A stretch of 64,000 bases of DNA from an uncultured marine group III euryarchaeote (GTDB lineage Archaea > Thermoplasmatota > Poseidoniia > MGIII > CG-Epi1), in NCBI GenBank assembly GCA_902627615.1, contig CACOJW010000002.1, positions 26,971 to 90,970 on the forward strand, written 5' to 3'. Every line of letters starts with the position of its first letter. The stretch's first letter is position 1. The notes beneath the pieces were generated by a model. That model saw only the letters and a list, made by a program, of their open reading frames with translations, was not told the DNA's origin and ran no database searches. The translations under genes and the position numbers were made by a program. This document shows positions 8,626-18,107 of the stretch, piece by piece.

Positions 8626-11600
8626 TCTTTCATTTTTTCTTCGACTTCTTCAACGGCATTTTCCAAAGAATCAGTATTAACGCCTTTTTCCTTTAGCCTG
8701 TTAATTAAAATTCTTGTTTCATCTAATTTATTGGTAACTCTTGATGAACTACGGTAAAGTCCATACGCGTGACTTGATGATATAAACGCAGCGAATAAGA
8801 AAAGCATGAGAGCTCCTACTTGCCAACCTGCAGTCAAAAAACGGTTATTTGGCATGACGTCAGAATTATCTCCAACTCCATCACCGTCTAAATCGCTCCA
8901 TTCATTTATATCATTTGGAAATGCGTCACCGTTATTTCCATAACCATCACCGTCTGAATCTTCCCACTCTAATCGATTTAACGGAAAAGCATCTAATATA
9001 TCACAAACATTATCTGAATCGAAGTCATGCCAATCGTTCGGATCATTTGGACAAGCATCTTGTTTCTCACAATAACCATCTCCATCTACATCGATAAATC
9101 CGTCGTAATCAGGACATTGATCAGCATTATTACCGACCCCATCTCTATCGTTATCATACCATTCGCTTATATCATTTGGAAATACGTCGCTATTATCTCC
9201 GACACCATCACTGTCGCTGTCTACCCATTCTGCTGCATCTGTTGGGAAGAAATCTTCAATATTTGGAATTCCGTCACGATCAGTATCTGCAAGTATGGTC
9301 ACATTAAATTCTACAAAGTTGCTACTAATTGTGCCATGATTGTCTATGGCATAAATAGTAATAATATGGAAACCAGAATCAAGACCTAGAAATTGGTATT
9401 GACTATGGTAAGGGCCTAATCCAAAAGAGGCGATGCTTTCTGTCGAGCAATCCTGCGAACAATACAAGCTTCCCCAACCACTAGCCCATTGACTACTTTT
9501 CCACTTATATTTTTGAATATATCCATCGTCATCATAACTTGTTATGAATAGTACATCATTTATTTCACTATTATGCTGTACGAAAGTATAGTTCTGATTT
9601 TTTAATAATGTTTTAGATTGTTCTAAAAGGCTAATAGTTGGTGGTTTGTTAATAAAAACAATTTCTGTTTTCAGTATGTTATTCCCTACAATTAAATCAT
9701 TATACGGGGTCATTTTATCAGAACAATAAAAAGACATACTGTCATTTGGATGATAAATATAGTGTCTGCTAGGACTAATAGTAAATTCTTCAACAGAACA
9801 TGAATCGACAATAGAGCTACTATATTCTGATGAACGGTTTAGTAATTCAATAGCTATTTCAAAGGTAGTTTCATTTGAGACAAGAGGTATATTTTGATTA
9901 TCATAATCAAATGCAATTTCAATTGATTCTTTAACATGTAAATTAGTTATCGTTTTATGACTAATTAAAGAAACGCCATTGGATATATCGTAAATGGACG
10001 CCTGTAGGTAGCCAAAATCGATATTTTCGTTTCCATTATTAGTATAATTTACAACTATTGAGAAATTACTCGTGATGAATGTAGATTTAGGTGCTGTTAT
10101 GCTAGTACCTTCAATTTCTTTACCGTTTGAGTACAAGGAAAGATTATAGATTGTCCATGAACTGTCGGAGTCAAAATATGCACCCCCCATTCGGAATCTG
10201 AATTTGATATCATTGATATATGCTTGAGGTATTGTTTCTTTTTCAATAGTAATGGTAGTATATTTTATACCGCCAGAAGAAGATATAAAACCTTCAGATC
10301 CTCTTAAAGGATTTCCATAATATTCACTTGCGAAGATTTGGCCCTCATATCCATTAAATGTAGGTGTAACTACATTGCATTGATAGTCATTCAGATAGGT
10401 AGTTACTTCAAAACACATTTCTACTCTTCCACCATCGTATTGCTCAAAAAAGTAGGCGTGTTCTAGTAAAATGTAGATATTTGATGATGCACCGGACAAA
10501 TCAAAAGTAGGTGACATAATGCTATAATCGTCTCCATTATATGGTGTTCTTAACGTATCATTACCAGTGATCCAGGATCCATTCACTAATTTCCAATTAC
10601 TCTTTTCTTGAATTTCTTCAGAACTGCAGACAGAATTTTGACAAAAGTTAGTCCAGCCCAACCAATGGTTGCTATTGTATGCTAGATTATTTTCTAATAC
10701 GTTAAAATAAATTTGATTGTTTTCATCGTTCTGATCAATTTCATAATTTGCAAATATACCAAATTGATACCGATGAGCTAAATCAATATTATAATCAATT
10801 AAAATATTATTTTTTTCTCCTAAATGCAGCGTTCCCGCAGCCATAACAATATTCTCATGTTCTAAGAAATAGACTCCGTCCTCATCTAGTTTCCAAATTT
10901 CGAGTTTGAATGTAATATTATCCAAATTAAGATCTGCAAACCCCTTATTTCTTAGCGTTAGGTTCAAGAATCCATTTTGATTAACGACGAGAGTATCTAC
11001 CTCATTTTCTATATTATTTGGGCCGTACAAAGAATTTATAGGAATTAGGTCTTTGGATTCAATTTTAATGATTTCCACATCATACTTCTTTAGTTCTCCA
11101 AAAATAACAACATTATCGAAACCATATCCTCCATCATATCCCGCAGTTCCACAAGATAGAGATGAAAATCCAGAAGTCCATCGGAGTTTAACATTTGAAT
11201 AGTCTTTATTAGTGTCCAAAAGAGAAGACAAATCGACCACAACTTCACTAGGTGAAGTTCCATACACCCAATCACTCTGATACCCTCCATAATTTGAGTA
11301 ATCGGTCCAGGCTACATTACCTCTTATTGGGTTTCCATAATATGACTGACTACCTACGCTTCCAGGGTAAGGATTTTCAGGCGTTATTGTGGTAAATCCC
11401 TGCCCCATATCAATTTCTAAAAACGTACCACCGTAATTGTAATAAAAATAATATGAATGTGAAAATTTTAAATATATATCATAGCCGACATTTAAATTAA
11501 ATGAAGGACTTGTAATTGAGGTTCTAGCAGGATTGTTTTGTGAGCATCGGTATCCTGAGAACATACTCCTGTTTCCATTTGCGTCGTTAGTATAGTTCCA

Positions 11601-12740
11601 AGCTTGAGATTCTGAGAAATCCCAGCCACTATCCTCCAGTGTACCTTCTTCAAAATTTTCTTTAAAAATTAGAAACTTAATAGCAGTCTCGCTATGAATT
11701 TTATTATTAGATATGTTTTCATCAGAAATTATTAAAGATACACTAATCGTAATATTATCATTATTTTCAAACTCCAAATCCATAAGAATAGGAGCTATAA
11801 ATTTAACTTCGAGTGGTGCCCTATTAAAGCGTTCAAGGAAATCAATATTTTTTGTGTGAGTATAGAAAACTGCACCGTCGTCATTAAATAATTCGAAAGA
11901 TACATTGAAATCAGTTTGATTTTTAGTCCCTATATTTCTGATAACTGTTGTTATTGTTTCATTAAAGTTTAATGAAAAATAAGAATCATATTTTAGTTCT
12001 GACACTACTAAATCATTTTTGGGGATTGGTGGCGCATAAAAACGCACAGAAAACTGCGAATCAAGTTCTTTCATACCGCCGTGATGATATTGCAACCCCA
12101 CCTCAGCAGAACCTTGTATACCTATTCCAACTGTTCCATTGTAATCACTCCCTCCATTTGAGAAGTTATTATTGTACTGGAATAGAATGTCTCCTGTTTT
12201 TTCAAATAAAATAATTTGAAAATTATATAATCCATAATGATCACTACTGCACGAACTATAATCGCGTAGATTATCATATTGTATAATCAAAGTTCGATTA
12301 TTGCTGTTTCCAAATTTCTTGTAACTTAAGTTAGCATAGATTTCACTATCGCAAGTACCTCGATGATCTCTCCAAAAAGGAGCGATTGCGGCACCAAATT
12401 TTGTAGTAGGTATGGGGTCTGGCGTCCATGTCTGGGAGACAACGCTACCTAGAGTTATGTACGCATTATCACCACCAAGGTACCACTGACTATACCACTC
12501 TCCATAAAAGAAAAAATCAAAACCTATATCATAAGGACCTCTCACTGAATCTCCGTGCAAATTAAAACTCGTTCCATTCGAAGAAATATCTATCCAATTA
12601 TATGCTGGCCCATCAGTTTCATTACTCTCTTTGAATGTATAACCAAAGCTGTCAGGACCTCCGCTTTCAGCAGAACCTTGTTGACTTGCGCAAAGTCCGA
12701 TAACAACAAAAATCCATAGAAGATATGGCCACTTATTCAC
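8610..12740 (-). CDS. Giant (1376 aa) surface protein: signal peptide, shared N-terminal module, CARDB-like domain, two MAM-like modules, seven TSP3-type Ca-binding repeats, TM helix, short cytoplasmic coiled tail
   Basis: GTG start with GAGGA 5 nt upstream. The N-terminus (GGPDSFGYTFKESNETDGPAYNWIDIS...FDFFFYG...) is homologous to the N-terminus of 50054..57196. YYGNPIRG and YYGNPLRG modules at about 11097..11670 and 10129..10680. C-terminal TM WQVGALMLFLFAAFISS. Confidence 0.9.
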   Translation of the reverse strand: MNKWPYLLWIFVVIGLCASQQGSAESGGPDSFGYTFKESNETDGPAYNWIDISSNGTSFNLHGDSVRGPYDIGFDFFFYGEWYSQWYLGGDNAYITLGSVVSQTWTPDPIPTTKFGAAIAPFWRDHRGTCDSEIYANLSYKKFGNSNNRTLIIQYDNLRDYSSCSSDHYGLYNFQIILFEKTGDILFQYNNNFSNGGSDYNGTVGIGIQGSAEVGLQYHHGGMKELDSQFSVRFYAPPIPKNDLVVSELKYDSYFSLNFNETITTVIRNIGTKNQTDFNVSFELFNDDGAVFYTHTKNIDFLERFNRAPLEVKFIAPILMDLEFENNDNITISVSLIISDENISNNKIHSETAIKFLIFKENFEEGTLEDSGWDFSESQAWNYTNDANGNRSMFSGYRCSQNNPARTSITSPSFNLNVGYDIYLKFSHSYYFYYNYGGTFLEIDMGQGFTTITPENPYPGSVGSQSYYGNPIRGNVAWTDYSNYGGYQSDWVYGTSPSEVVVDLSSLLDTNKDYSNVKLRWTSGFSSLSCGTAGYDGGYGFDNVVIFGELKKYDVEIIKIESKDLIPINSLYGPNNIENEVDTLVVNQNGFLNLTLRNKGFADLNLDNITFKLEIWKLDEDGVYFLEHENIVMAAGTLHLGEKNNILIDYNIDLAHRYQFGIFANYEIDQNDENNQIYFNVLENNLAYNSNHWLGWTNFCQNSVCSSEEIQEKSNWKLVNGSWITGNDTLRTPYNGDDYSIMSPTFDLSGASSNIYILLEHAYFFEQYDGGRVEMCFEVTTYLNDYQCNVVTPTFNGYEGQIFASEYYGNPLRGSEGFISSSGGIKYTTITIEKETIPQAYINDIKFRFRMGGAYFDSDSSWTIYNLSLYSNGKEIEGTSITAPKSTFITSNFSIVVNYTNNGNENIDFGYLQASIYDISNGVSLISHKTITNLHVKESIEIAFDYDNQNIPLVSNETTFEIAIELLNRSSEYSSSIVDSCSVEEFTISPSRHYIYHPNDSMSFYCSDKMTPYNDLIVGNNILKTEIVFINKPPTISLLEQSKTLLKNQNYTFVQHNSEINDVLFITSYDDDGYIQKYKWKSSQWASGWGSLYCSQDCSTESIASFGLGPYHSQYQFLGLDSGFHIITIYAIDNHGTISSNFVEFNVTILADTDRDGIPNIEDFFPTDAAEWVDSDSDGVGDNSDVFPNDISEWYDNDRDGVGNNADQCPDYDGFIDVDGDGYCEKQDACPNDPNDWHDFDSDNVCDILDAFPLNRLEWEDSDGDGYGNNGDAFPNDINEWSDLDGDGVGDNSDVMPNNRFLTAGWQVGALMLFLFAAFISSSHAYGLYRSSSRVTNKLDETRILINRLKEKGVNTDSLENAVEEVEEKMKEWILR
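8838..9287 (-). repeat. Seven tandem ~21-aa thrombospondin-type-3-like calcium-binding repeats (coding, inside 8610..12740)
   Basis: DTDRDGIPN.., DSDSDGVGDNSDVFPNDISEW, DNDRDGVGNNADQCPD.., DVDGDGYCEKQDACPNDPNDW, DFDSDNVCD.., DSDGDGYGNNGDAFPNDINEW, DLDGDGVGDNSDVMPNN. Confidence 0.85.
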
Positions 12741-12770
12741 AATTCCTCATTTTCATCCCTTAATAATATT

Positions 12771-13589
12771 TTATTTTAGAAATGATATTGCATTAACGGC
12801 AGTTACCGTTTCTTTGACATCATGAACTCTTAGAATATCAACACCGCCTGTAGCCCCCATTATTGCAGCAGATAAACTTCCAGTTAATCTATCGCCATCT
12901 TCATTACCAGTCATTATAGCGATGAATGATTTTCTACTTGCCCCTAGTAAGACACCACCAGCCATTCCTTTGAATTCATTTAATCTTCCCAACAGTTCTA
13001 AATTATGTTTTAAATTTTTACCAAACCCAATTCCTGGATCAACGATAATATCAGAACGTTTGATTCCAGCTTTTTCAGCAGCATTTATCCGTTCTTTTAG
13101 CCATTCTTTGATATCTTCCACTACATCACCATATTGAGGGTTCTTTTGCATATCTTCAGGCGTTCCTTGCATGTGCATCACTATTACTGGAACTTTCATT
13201 TCAGCAACTGCAGAAATCATATCCTCATTTCGTAAGCCACCAACATCATTTACAATACACGCACCAGCTTGTACTGCTTTTTTGGCAACTTCAGCCTTTT
13301 GAGTGTCAATTGAAATTGGAATATTGTAATTTTTTGAAATATACTCAATGGCAGGAATTACTCTTTCTAACTCTTCTTCTGTAGTCACAGGTTTTGATCC
13401 AGGTCTAGTTGATTCTCCACCTATATCTATTATTTGGACACCTTCGTTTATCATGGCATCTACTCTTTTTTGTGTATCAACTAAATTAAAATGTTCGCCA
13501 CCGTCATAGAAACTATCTGGTGTAACGTTTAGGATTCCCATAACATGGCATTTGCCATCTAATTCTAATTTACCTAACTTGAGGCTCAT
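12771..13589 (-). CDS. folP: Dihydropteroate synthase
   Basis: GILNVTPDSFYDGG, DIGGESTRPG, NDVGG, DPGIGFGK and GASRKSF, all classic pterin-binding DHPS blocks. The ATG overlaps the upstream gene's TGA (ATGA at 13586-13589). Confidence 0.95.
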   Translation of the reverse strand: MSLKLGKLELDGKCHVMGILNVTPDSFYDGGEHFNLVDTQKRVDAMINEGVQIIDIGGESTRPGSKPVTTEEELERVIPAIEYISKNYNIPISIDTQKAEVAKKAVQAGACIVNDVGGLRNEDMISAVAEMKVPVIVMHMQGTPEDMQKNPQYGDVVEDIKEWLKERINAAEKAGIKRSDIIVDPGIGFGKNLKHNLELLGRLNEFKGMAGGVLLGASRKSFIAIMTGNEDGDRLTGSLSAAIMGATGGVDILRVHDVKETVTAVNAISFLK

Positions 13590-16500
13590 TCACGTATTAC
13601 AAATTGAGAGCCACACATAGGACAGCCGACTTGAATTGGTCTTTGAGTAGTTGTTATTGAGATTAATCCGTTACAATTTGGGCAGTTCAATTCCAGAGGT
13701 CCAGGAGTGACATCTTCGAACATTTCTTCGAAATCATCTCCACCGCCACCACCCATTCTCTTCAAGCCCATAGCTAATCCAGCTAGTGCTACGACGGCAA
13801 CTCCAGCAATACCTGCGAGCATTGTTGTACTGTAGCCATCTTCCTCACCATCTCCTCTATTGACACCACTGTCGCTAACAGTTACAGTAGCTTGCCAAGT
13901 AGCAGTTCCACCTCTTTCATCAGTAACTGTCAAAATGGCAATATAGGTTCCAGGAGTGTTGTATATTTTATTGAAGGTTTTAGAGTTTTTATCACCTAGA
14001 AGATTGATTGAAAATCCTTGGCCATTTACAATACTCCAAGAATATTCTAGTTTGCTATCATCACCATCAGGGTCGTATGAATTAGCTGCGGAGTAAGTAA
14101 TTTCTTCTCCAGTTTTTGCAGATTTTAGAATATCACTAAAAATTCCTTGGCCATTAATGAAAATTCCAGCTTCTGCTTTAGCAACAGGATTTATATTTTC
14201 AGGTAGATAAATTCTAATTGGAATCAATGGAGACCAACTACTAGCAAGTATGTCATCAGCTCCACTTTCATCGATTTCTCGAGCCATTAATTGTGCACTA
14301 AATATTTTTTCATCAAATAGTTCGGGCAAGGTATAGTTGTAACCATTTGTTGTCACTTGGCTATCTACTACTTCAAGTAAAAATAATCCTTCTCCGAGGT
14401 TTAGGTTAGCAATAGCGGCATTAGAACCGTTCATAAGTCTGAAAATTCTATTTATTCCAAATTCATTTTGTACTACTTCTTCGCCACTATCTAGCTGCAA
14501 CTCACCTCCATTAGGGCCCGTGAAGAAGGCGTTACGATATAGTCGAACAGTTTGTCCTTCTTTTACCCAATCAGAGAAAACATTATCTCCGAAATTAAAT
14601 CGATATTCTAATTCAGCACGGTAATCAGGATCATAGGAGTCACTAACATCAAATGTTATGAAAGCACCATCAGAAGCTTCAGTTATGTTCGATTTTAATA
14701 TTGCAATAGGCTGGGTGTTCGCTTTAACTTCTACAGTGATGACTTGTTGAGTAGATTCTTTTCTTCTTTCATCTCTTGTCTGCACAAGTATTTCTTTTTC
14801 ACCAGGCGTAGAAAAACTTAGATCCCACGTATAGTCTGAAACCCATGTAGTCCAACTTCCATCGAAATAGTATCTGTAAGTTAAATCAGGGTTGCCGTCT
14901 AATCGATCCATTTCACCATCTGTAGTTTCATTGTCGTATGAATTTCCTGCATCTACGCGTGCCGCTTCGTCAACCCAAAGAATGGTCTTGTCGATAGTAG
15001 CTTCGACAACGGGTTTGTCGTTTGGAATTTCTTCTATTTCTAGAATGGTATAATCCTTATTGTTACTAAATCGAGTTTCTTGTCTAGGTTGGTTGGTATC
15101 TTCCGCTAGTCCATAAATTTCATGATAGCCAGGAGTTGTTTGAATTCCATACCAAATGACTTCAAAAGAAGCAGATTCTCCGTTGCTTAGTGCTTTACAT
15201 CCGTCACGTTGATTTTCTTCAGTTGCATCACAACTAAATTCGGTTATTTTCTTTCCACCAGCGTCAGGATCTCCATCGTATATTTTCACTCTCCACTTAG
15301 CAGTATCGGCACCGCCGTAATTTACGATGCTTAGATTTATAGTGATATCTTCATCCTCGTTTGGATTTTCAGGAAGATAACTAATTTCACTTCCTTCAAT
15401 AGCCAAATCAGGCTTATTGGTTTGACCTTCAGTTGTGAATAACCAGAGGTAAGCATCACTTCCTACAGCCATCTCCATTGCACCATCATTATCAGCATTT
15501 CCAATAGCTATTCCTCCGTAATGTCCAGCTCTGTTAGATAAAGCACTGGTTTTTGCTTCAAAAGTTCCAGGCTCTATTCCGTCATAAATGAATAATTCTC
15601 CTCCTGAAGTTCCGTAGATCAATTCAGCCTCTCCATCACTATCAAAATCTCCAACTTCGATACCCCAAACGGAGTTACTGTCTACATCTTTTGAATAATC
15701 CTCAGCATGAGAATCTCCATCATAAATTATCAAACGAGGTTTATTCTCGCCTTTTTCACCAGTACCGACAATAATTTCTTCAGTTCCATCACCGTCTAAA
15801 TCTCCAACATCAATTCCATAAGCAGTATATCTTGCAGTATTCATGACTGAACCGTCTAGTGAATAACTTCCACCAGTTCGCTGGTATACTCTTACCTCTG
15901 CATTAGCTTGCGATCCTTCTCTGTTATCACCTCCAGTTCCTACCACAAGTTCATTGTCCCCATCATTATCAGGATCTCCACTATCAATTCCTCCAACAAT
16001 TTGTCCGATATCTCCAGAAGTCCATTCTTGGGAAAAGCTAGAACCGCCATATCCCCAAACTTTGACTGCACCGTGTAATTCAGTAGTTCCAGAAGTTGCC
16101 TCAATAATTTCTAAGTATCCTGTAGCAATTCCGATTTCAGGGTGGTTTGTTCCATCTAATTCGGAAATAGTTACTCCCAAAGAAGCGTCAATATTTCCAC
16201 TTTTGAAAGCTTCAGTGAAGCCATCTCCACTTCTTTCAAAAACATACAGATATCCTTCACCTCCATCGCCCTCCTCACCTTTTGGTTCTCCAGGGATTCC
16301 GGTGGTTACAGCAATATCATTATTCCCATCACTATCTAAATCACCAATTGCAACTCCAATGGGAATTTTATCTAATTGTGGACTTACCCATTGGGTTTCG
16401 TAAGTTGCACCATCGAAGACATAAATTCTTCCGGAACCAGATCCAACGACAATTTCTAAATTATCGTCATCATCTAAGTTAGCCATATCTACTCCATAGT

Positions 16501-17788
16501 TGCTTCCACCTTCCAGTGTAGCTAATAAATTGTCATTTTCTCCAGCTTCACTGGTCCATGCTAAAGCATGATTTGTTTGAGAGGTCACTTCCCAAGCTCT
16601 TACTATTCCAGCATCACTTCCATGAACAATCCAAGGGTCATCATGTCCATTCATAGAGATAGTTACTCCTCCTCCGGTATTCATTGGAAATCCGCCACTC
16701 CATTCTTGGTAGGTTGTTAAACTGGAACCAGACAATCCCATGATTCGTATGTTTCCACTTCCATCGGCAACAACTAATTCTTCATTGCTATTTCCAAATA
16801 AATTTTCACTTGCTAGTCCATATCCACTTTTTACGTCGTTATCGCTAATCCTCTCGTCACGATCACCGTCCACAAAAATAGTTATTTTTGATTGTTGAGG
16901 AACAATCAACTCATCAATTCCATTTCCATCTAAGTCGGCTGCGTGTAAACTGTAACACAAGCTATCTGCGCCACTACTTCCATCCATGTCATATTTCCAT
17001 TGCATTTCTTCAGTTTGGCCGTCAAAAACTGCGACCCAGCCCTGCTTACTTCCAACAGCTACCTCTGTAGCTTCATCGTCGTCAAATTGTCCAAATGTTA
17101 AGCCCCAAGTATTTTCTAAATTACCGCCACTAGTTTTAGCTCCAAGATCTACATACCACTCAGCTTCATCGTAAGTAATATCTCTGCCAACATAAATTTC
17201 AGGTTTATCTGTATCTACAACCCATAAAAATCCACGATCACCACTCATTGCCAATTCAGCTTTTTCATCCCCATCCAAGTCGCCCATTGCCAGCCCATAT
17301 GGCCATCCTTCAGTCCATTGAGTGTGTGACCATGATACTCCAGAAGACCAATTTGCTTCTGCAAGAAGAGAGATTCCATCAATAATTTTTACTTTTCCAG
17401 AATCTGCATTCCAGTTGTAACCAATTGCAATTTCCAATTGTGGGTCATCATCTATTTGTGCTATTTCCATTCCTTTTACAGGACCACCCATATCTACGGT
17501 GTGGAATGTTTCAAACCATCCTTCGTTACTAGAATCCCAGTCCAAAATGTGGACATATCCTTGTGAATTACCAAAAATTAACTCATCCTCACCATCTATA
17601 TCTATGTCAGCACTTTTAATCGAATTTAAAGCACCGACACCAGTACCTATTCCAGTATGCCATTTTTCGCTTAAATAACCAGTATCCGTATCTGTTCTAG
17701 CATCATTTGCAGCTTCAACATTTATTCCAGAGGAAACGGCAGAAATCAAAAAGACGATAGCCAATGCTAGAGCTTTTGCTGGATTCAT
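13586..17788 (-). CDS. Giant (1400 aa) integrin-alpha-like FG-GAP/VCBS beta-propeller surface protein with CARDB and PKD domains, a TM helix and a cytoplasmic C-terminal zinc ribbon
   Basis: Signal peptide MNPAKALALAIVFLISAVSSG. At least 9 FG-GAP Ca loops (GDLDGDEKAE, ADLDGNGIDE, GDLDSDGNNDIA, GDLDGDGTEE, GDFDSDGEAE...). CARDB-like segment (PDLAIEGSEISYLPENP..ITINLSIVNYGG). PKD signature (SYDPDGDDSKLEYSWSI...GTYIAILTVTDERGG). TM MLAGIAGVAVVALAGLAMGL. Tail CPNCNG...CPMCGSQF. Confidence 0.9.
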   Translation of the reverse strand: MNPAKALALAIVFLISAVSSGINVEAANDARTDTDTGYLSEKWHTGIGTGVGALNSIKSADIDIDGEDELIFGNSQGYVHILDWDSSNEGWFETFHTVDMGGPVKGMEIAQIDDDPQLEIAIGYNWNADSGKVKIIDGISLLAEANWSSGVSWSHTQWTEGWPYGLAMGDLDGDEKAELAMSGDRGFLWVVDTDKPEIYVGRDITYDEAEWYVDLGAKTSGGNLENTWGLTFGQFDDDEATEVAVGSKQGWVAVFDGQTEEMQWKYDMDGSSGADSLCYSLHAADLDGNGIDELIVPQQSKITIFVDGDRDERISDNDVKSGYGLASENLFGNSNEELVVADGSGNIRIMGLSGSSLTTYQEWSGGFPMNTGGGVTISMNGHDDPWIVHGSDAGIVRAWEVTSQTNHALAWTSEAGENDNLLATLEGGSNYGVDMANLDDDDNLEIVVGSGSGRIYVFDGATYETQWVSPQLDKIPIGVAIGDLDSDGNNDIAVTTGIPGEPKGEEGDGGEGYLYVFERSGDGFTEAFKSGNIDASLGVTISELDGTNHPEIGIATGYLEIIEATSGTTELHGAVKVWGYGGSSFSQEWTSGDIGQIVGGIDSGDPDNDGDNELVVGTGGDNREGSQANAEVRVYQRTGGSYSLDGSVMNTARYTAYGIDVGDLDGDGTEEIIVGTGEKGENKPRLIIYDGDSHAEDYSKDVDSNSVWGIEVGDFDSDGEAELIYGTSGGELFIYDGIEPGTFEAKTSALSNRAGHYGGIAIGNADNDGAMEMAVGSDAYLWLFTTEGQTNKPDLAIEGSEISYLPENPNEDEDITINLSIVNYGGADTAKWRVKIYDGDPDAGGKKITEFSCDATEENQRDGCKALSNGESASFEVIWYGIQTTPGYHEIYGLAEDTNQPRQETRFSNNKDYTILEIEEIPNDKPVVEATIDKTILWVDEAARVDAGNSYDNETTDGEMDRLDGNPDLTYRYYFDGSWTTWVSDYTWDLSFSTPGEKEILVQTRDERRKESTQQVITVEVKANTQPIAILKSNITEASDGAFITFDVSDSYDPDYRAELEYRFNFGDNVFSDWVKEGQTVRLYRNAFFTGPNGGELQLDSGEEVVQNEFGINRIFRLMNGSNAAIANLNLGEGLFLLEVVDSQVTTNGYNYTLPELFDEKIFSAQLMAREIDESGADDILASSWSPLIPIRIYLPENINPVAKAEAGIFINGQGIFSDILKSAKTGEEITYSAANSYDPDGDDSKLEYSWSIVNGQGFSINLLGDKNSKTFNKIYNTPGTYIAILTVTDERGGTATWQATVTVSDSGVNRGDGEEDGYSTTMLAGIAGVAVVALAGLAMGLKRMGGGGGDDFEEMFEDVTPGPLELNCPNCNGLISITTTQRPIQVGCPMCGSQFVIRE
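13589..13690 (-). other. Cytoplasmic C4 zinc-ribbon tail of the FG-GAP surface protein
   Basis: LNCPNCNGLISITTTQRPIQVGCPMCGSQFVIRE lies after the TM helix and a KRMGGGGGDDFEEMFED linker. Confidence 0.75.
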
Positions 17789-17806
17789 GCTAGTAATGGT
17801 AAAGCG

Positions 17807-17816
17807 TAACTATATC
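17807..17816 (-). promoter_or_regulatory. Candidate TATA box (GATATAGTTA) for the FG-GAP giant gene
   Basis: It lies 19 nt upstream of the ATG at 17788, which suggests a leaderless or near-leaderless mRNA. The identical 10-mer occurs at 7435..7444 upstream of gene 6298..7410. Confidence 0.45.
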
Positions 17817-17826
17817 AAGGTTTTGA

Positions 17827-17847
17827 CATAATGTCTAAGACATTATG
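17827..17847 (-). terminator. Perfect 9-bp stem, 3-nt loop hairpin immediately after the tatA stop
   Basis: CATAATGTC-TAA-GACATTATG (plus-strand reading) starts 3 nt from the tatA stop codon. The role (terminator or processing site) is inferred. Confidence 0.45.
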
Positions 17848-17849
17848 GT

Positions 17850-18107
17850 TTATTCATTTGACAGTTCTTTCATTATAGCTTCTTTAATTTCGGTTTGATC
17901 CATTCCAGCCGTATCAATTCCTAGTCTTTCAGCAGAAGAACGAACCTTATCATTTTTAGGAAGTTCGTTGTTTCCTGAGGTATATCCACGAAATTCACGA
18001 TAGGCTTTTCCTAGTGCTTTAGCACCTTCAGCCATTTTCCGTGGGCCGAGAAAAGCCCACGCCAAAAATAAAATAATTACTAATTCAAGCAATCCAGGAG
18101 CGTTCAT
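17850..18107 (-). CDS. tatA: Twin-arginine translocase subunit TatA/E
   Basis: N-terminal TM LLELVIILFLAWAFLGPRK followed by the amphipathic MAEGAKALGKAYREFRG, matching the (F/L)GP(K/R)K...G...REF(K/R) pattern. Confidence 0.8.
   Translation of the reverse strand: MNAPGLLELVIILFLAWAFLGPRKMAEGAKALGKAYREFRGYTSGNNELPKNDKVRSSAERLGIDTAGMDQTEIKEAIMKELSNE

Noticed and set aside
8838-9287. Periodic ~63-66-nt repetition that could be mistaken for a CRISPR-like or satellite DNA array
   Set aside because: It lies fully in frame within the 1376-aa gene and encodes degenerate TSP3-type DxDxDG calcium-binding repeats. The repeats are diverged at the DNA level, and there is no spacer/repeat structure.
15954-17174. 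Plus-strand ORFs 15954..16403, 16282..16482, 16888..17070 and 16986..17174 inside the FG-GAP gene
   Set aside because: They are antisense to a 1400-aa frame with repeated FG-GAP and PKD signatures. They are Ser/Pro-rich shadows produced by the Asp/Gly-rich codons opposite.
17850-18107. The idea that tatA placed next to the giant FG-GAP gene marks that protein as a Tat substrate
   Set aside because: None of the signal peptides in the window shows a twin-arginine (S/T-R-R-x-F-L-K) motif. The FG-GAP protein starts MNPAKALALAIVF..., which is Sec-type. A hairpin and a TATA box separate the two genes.
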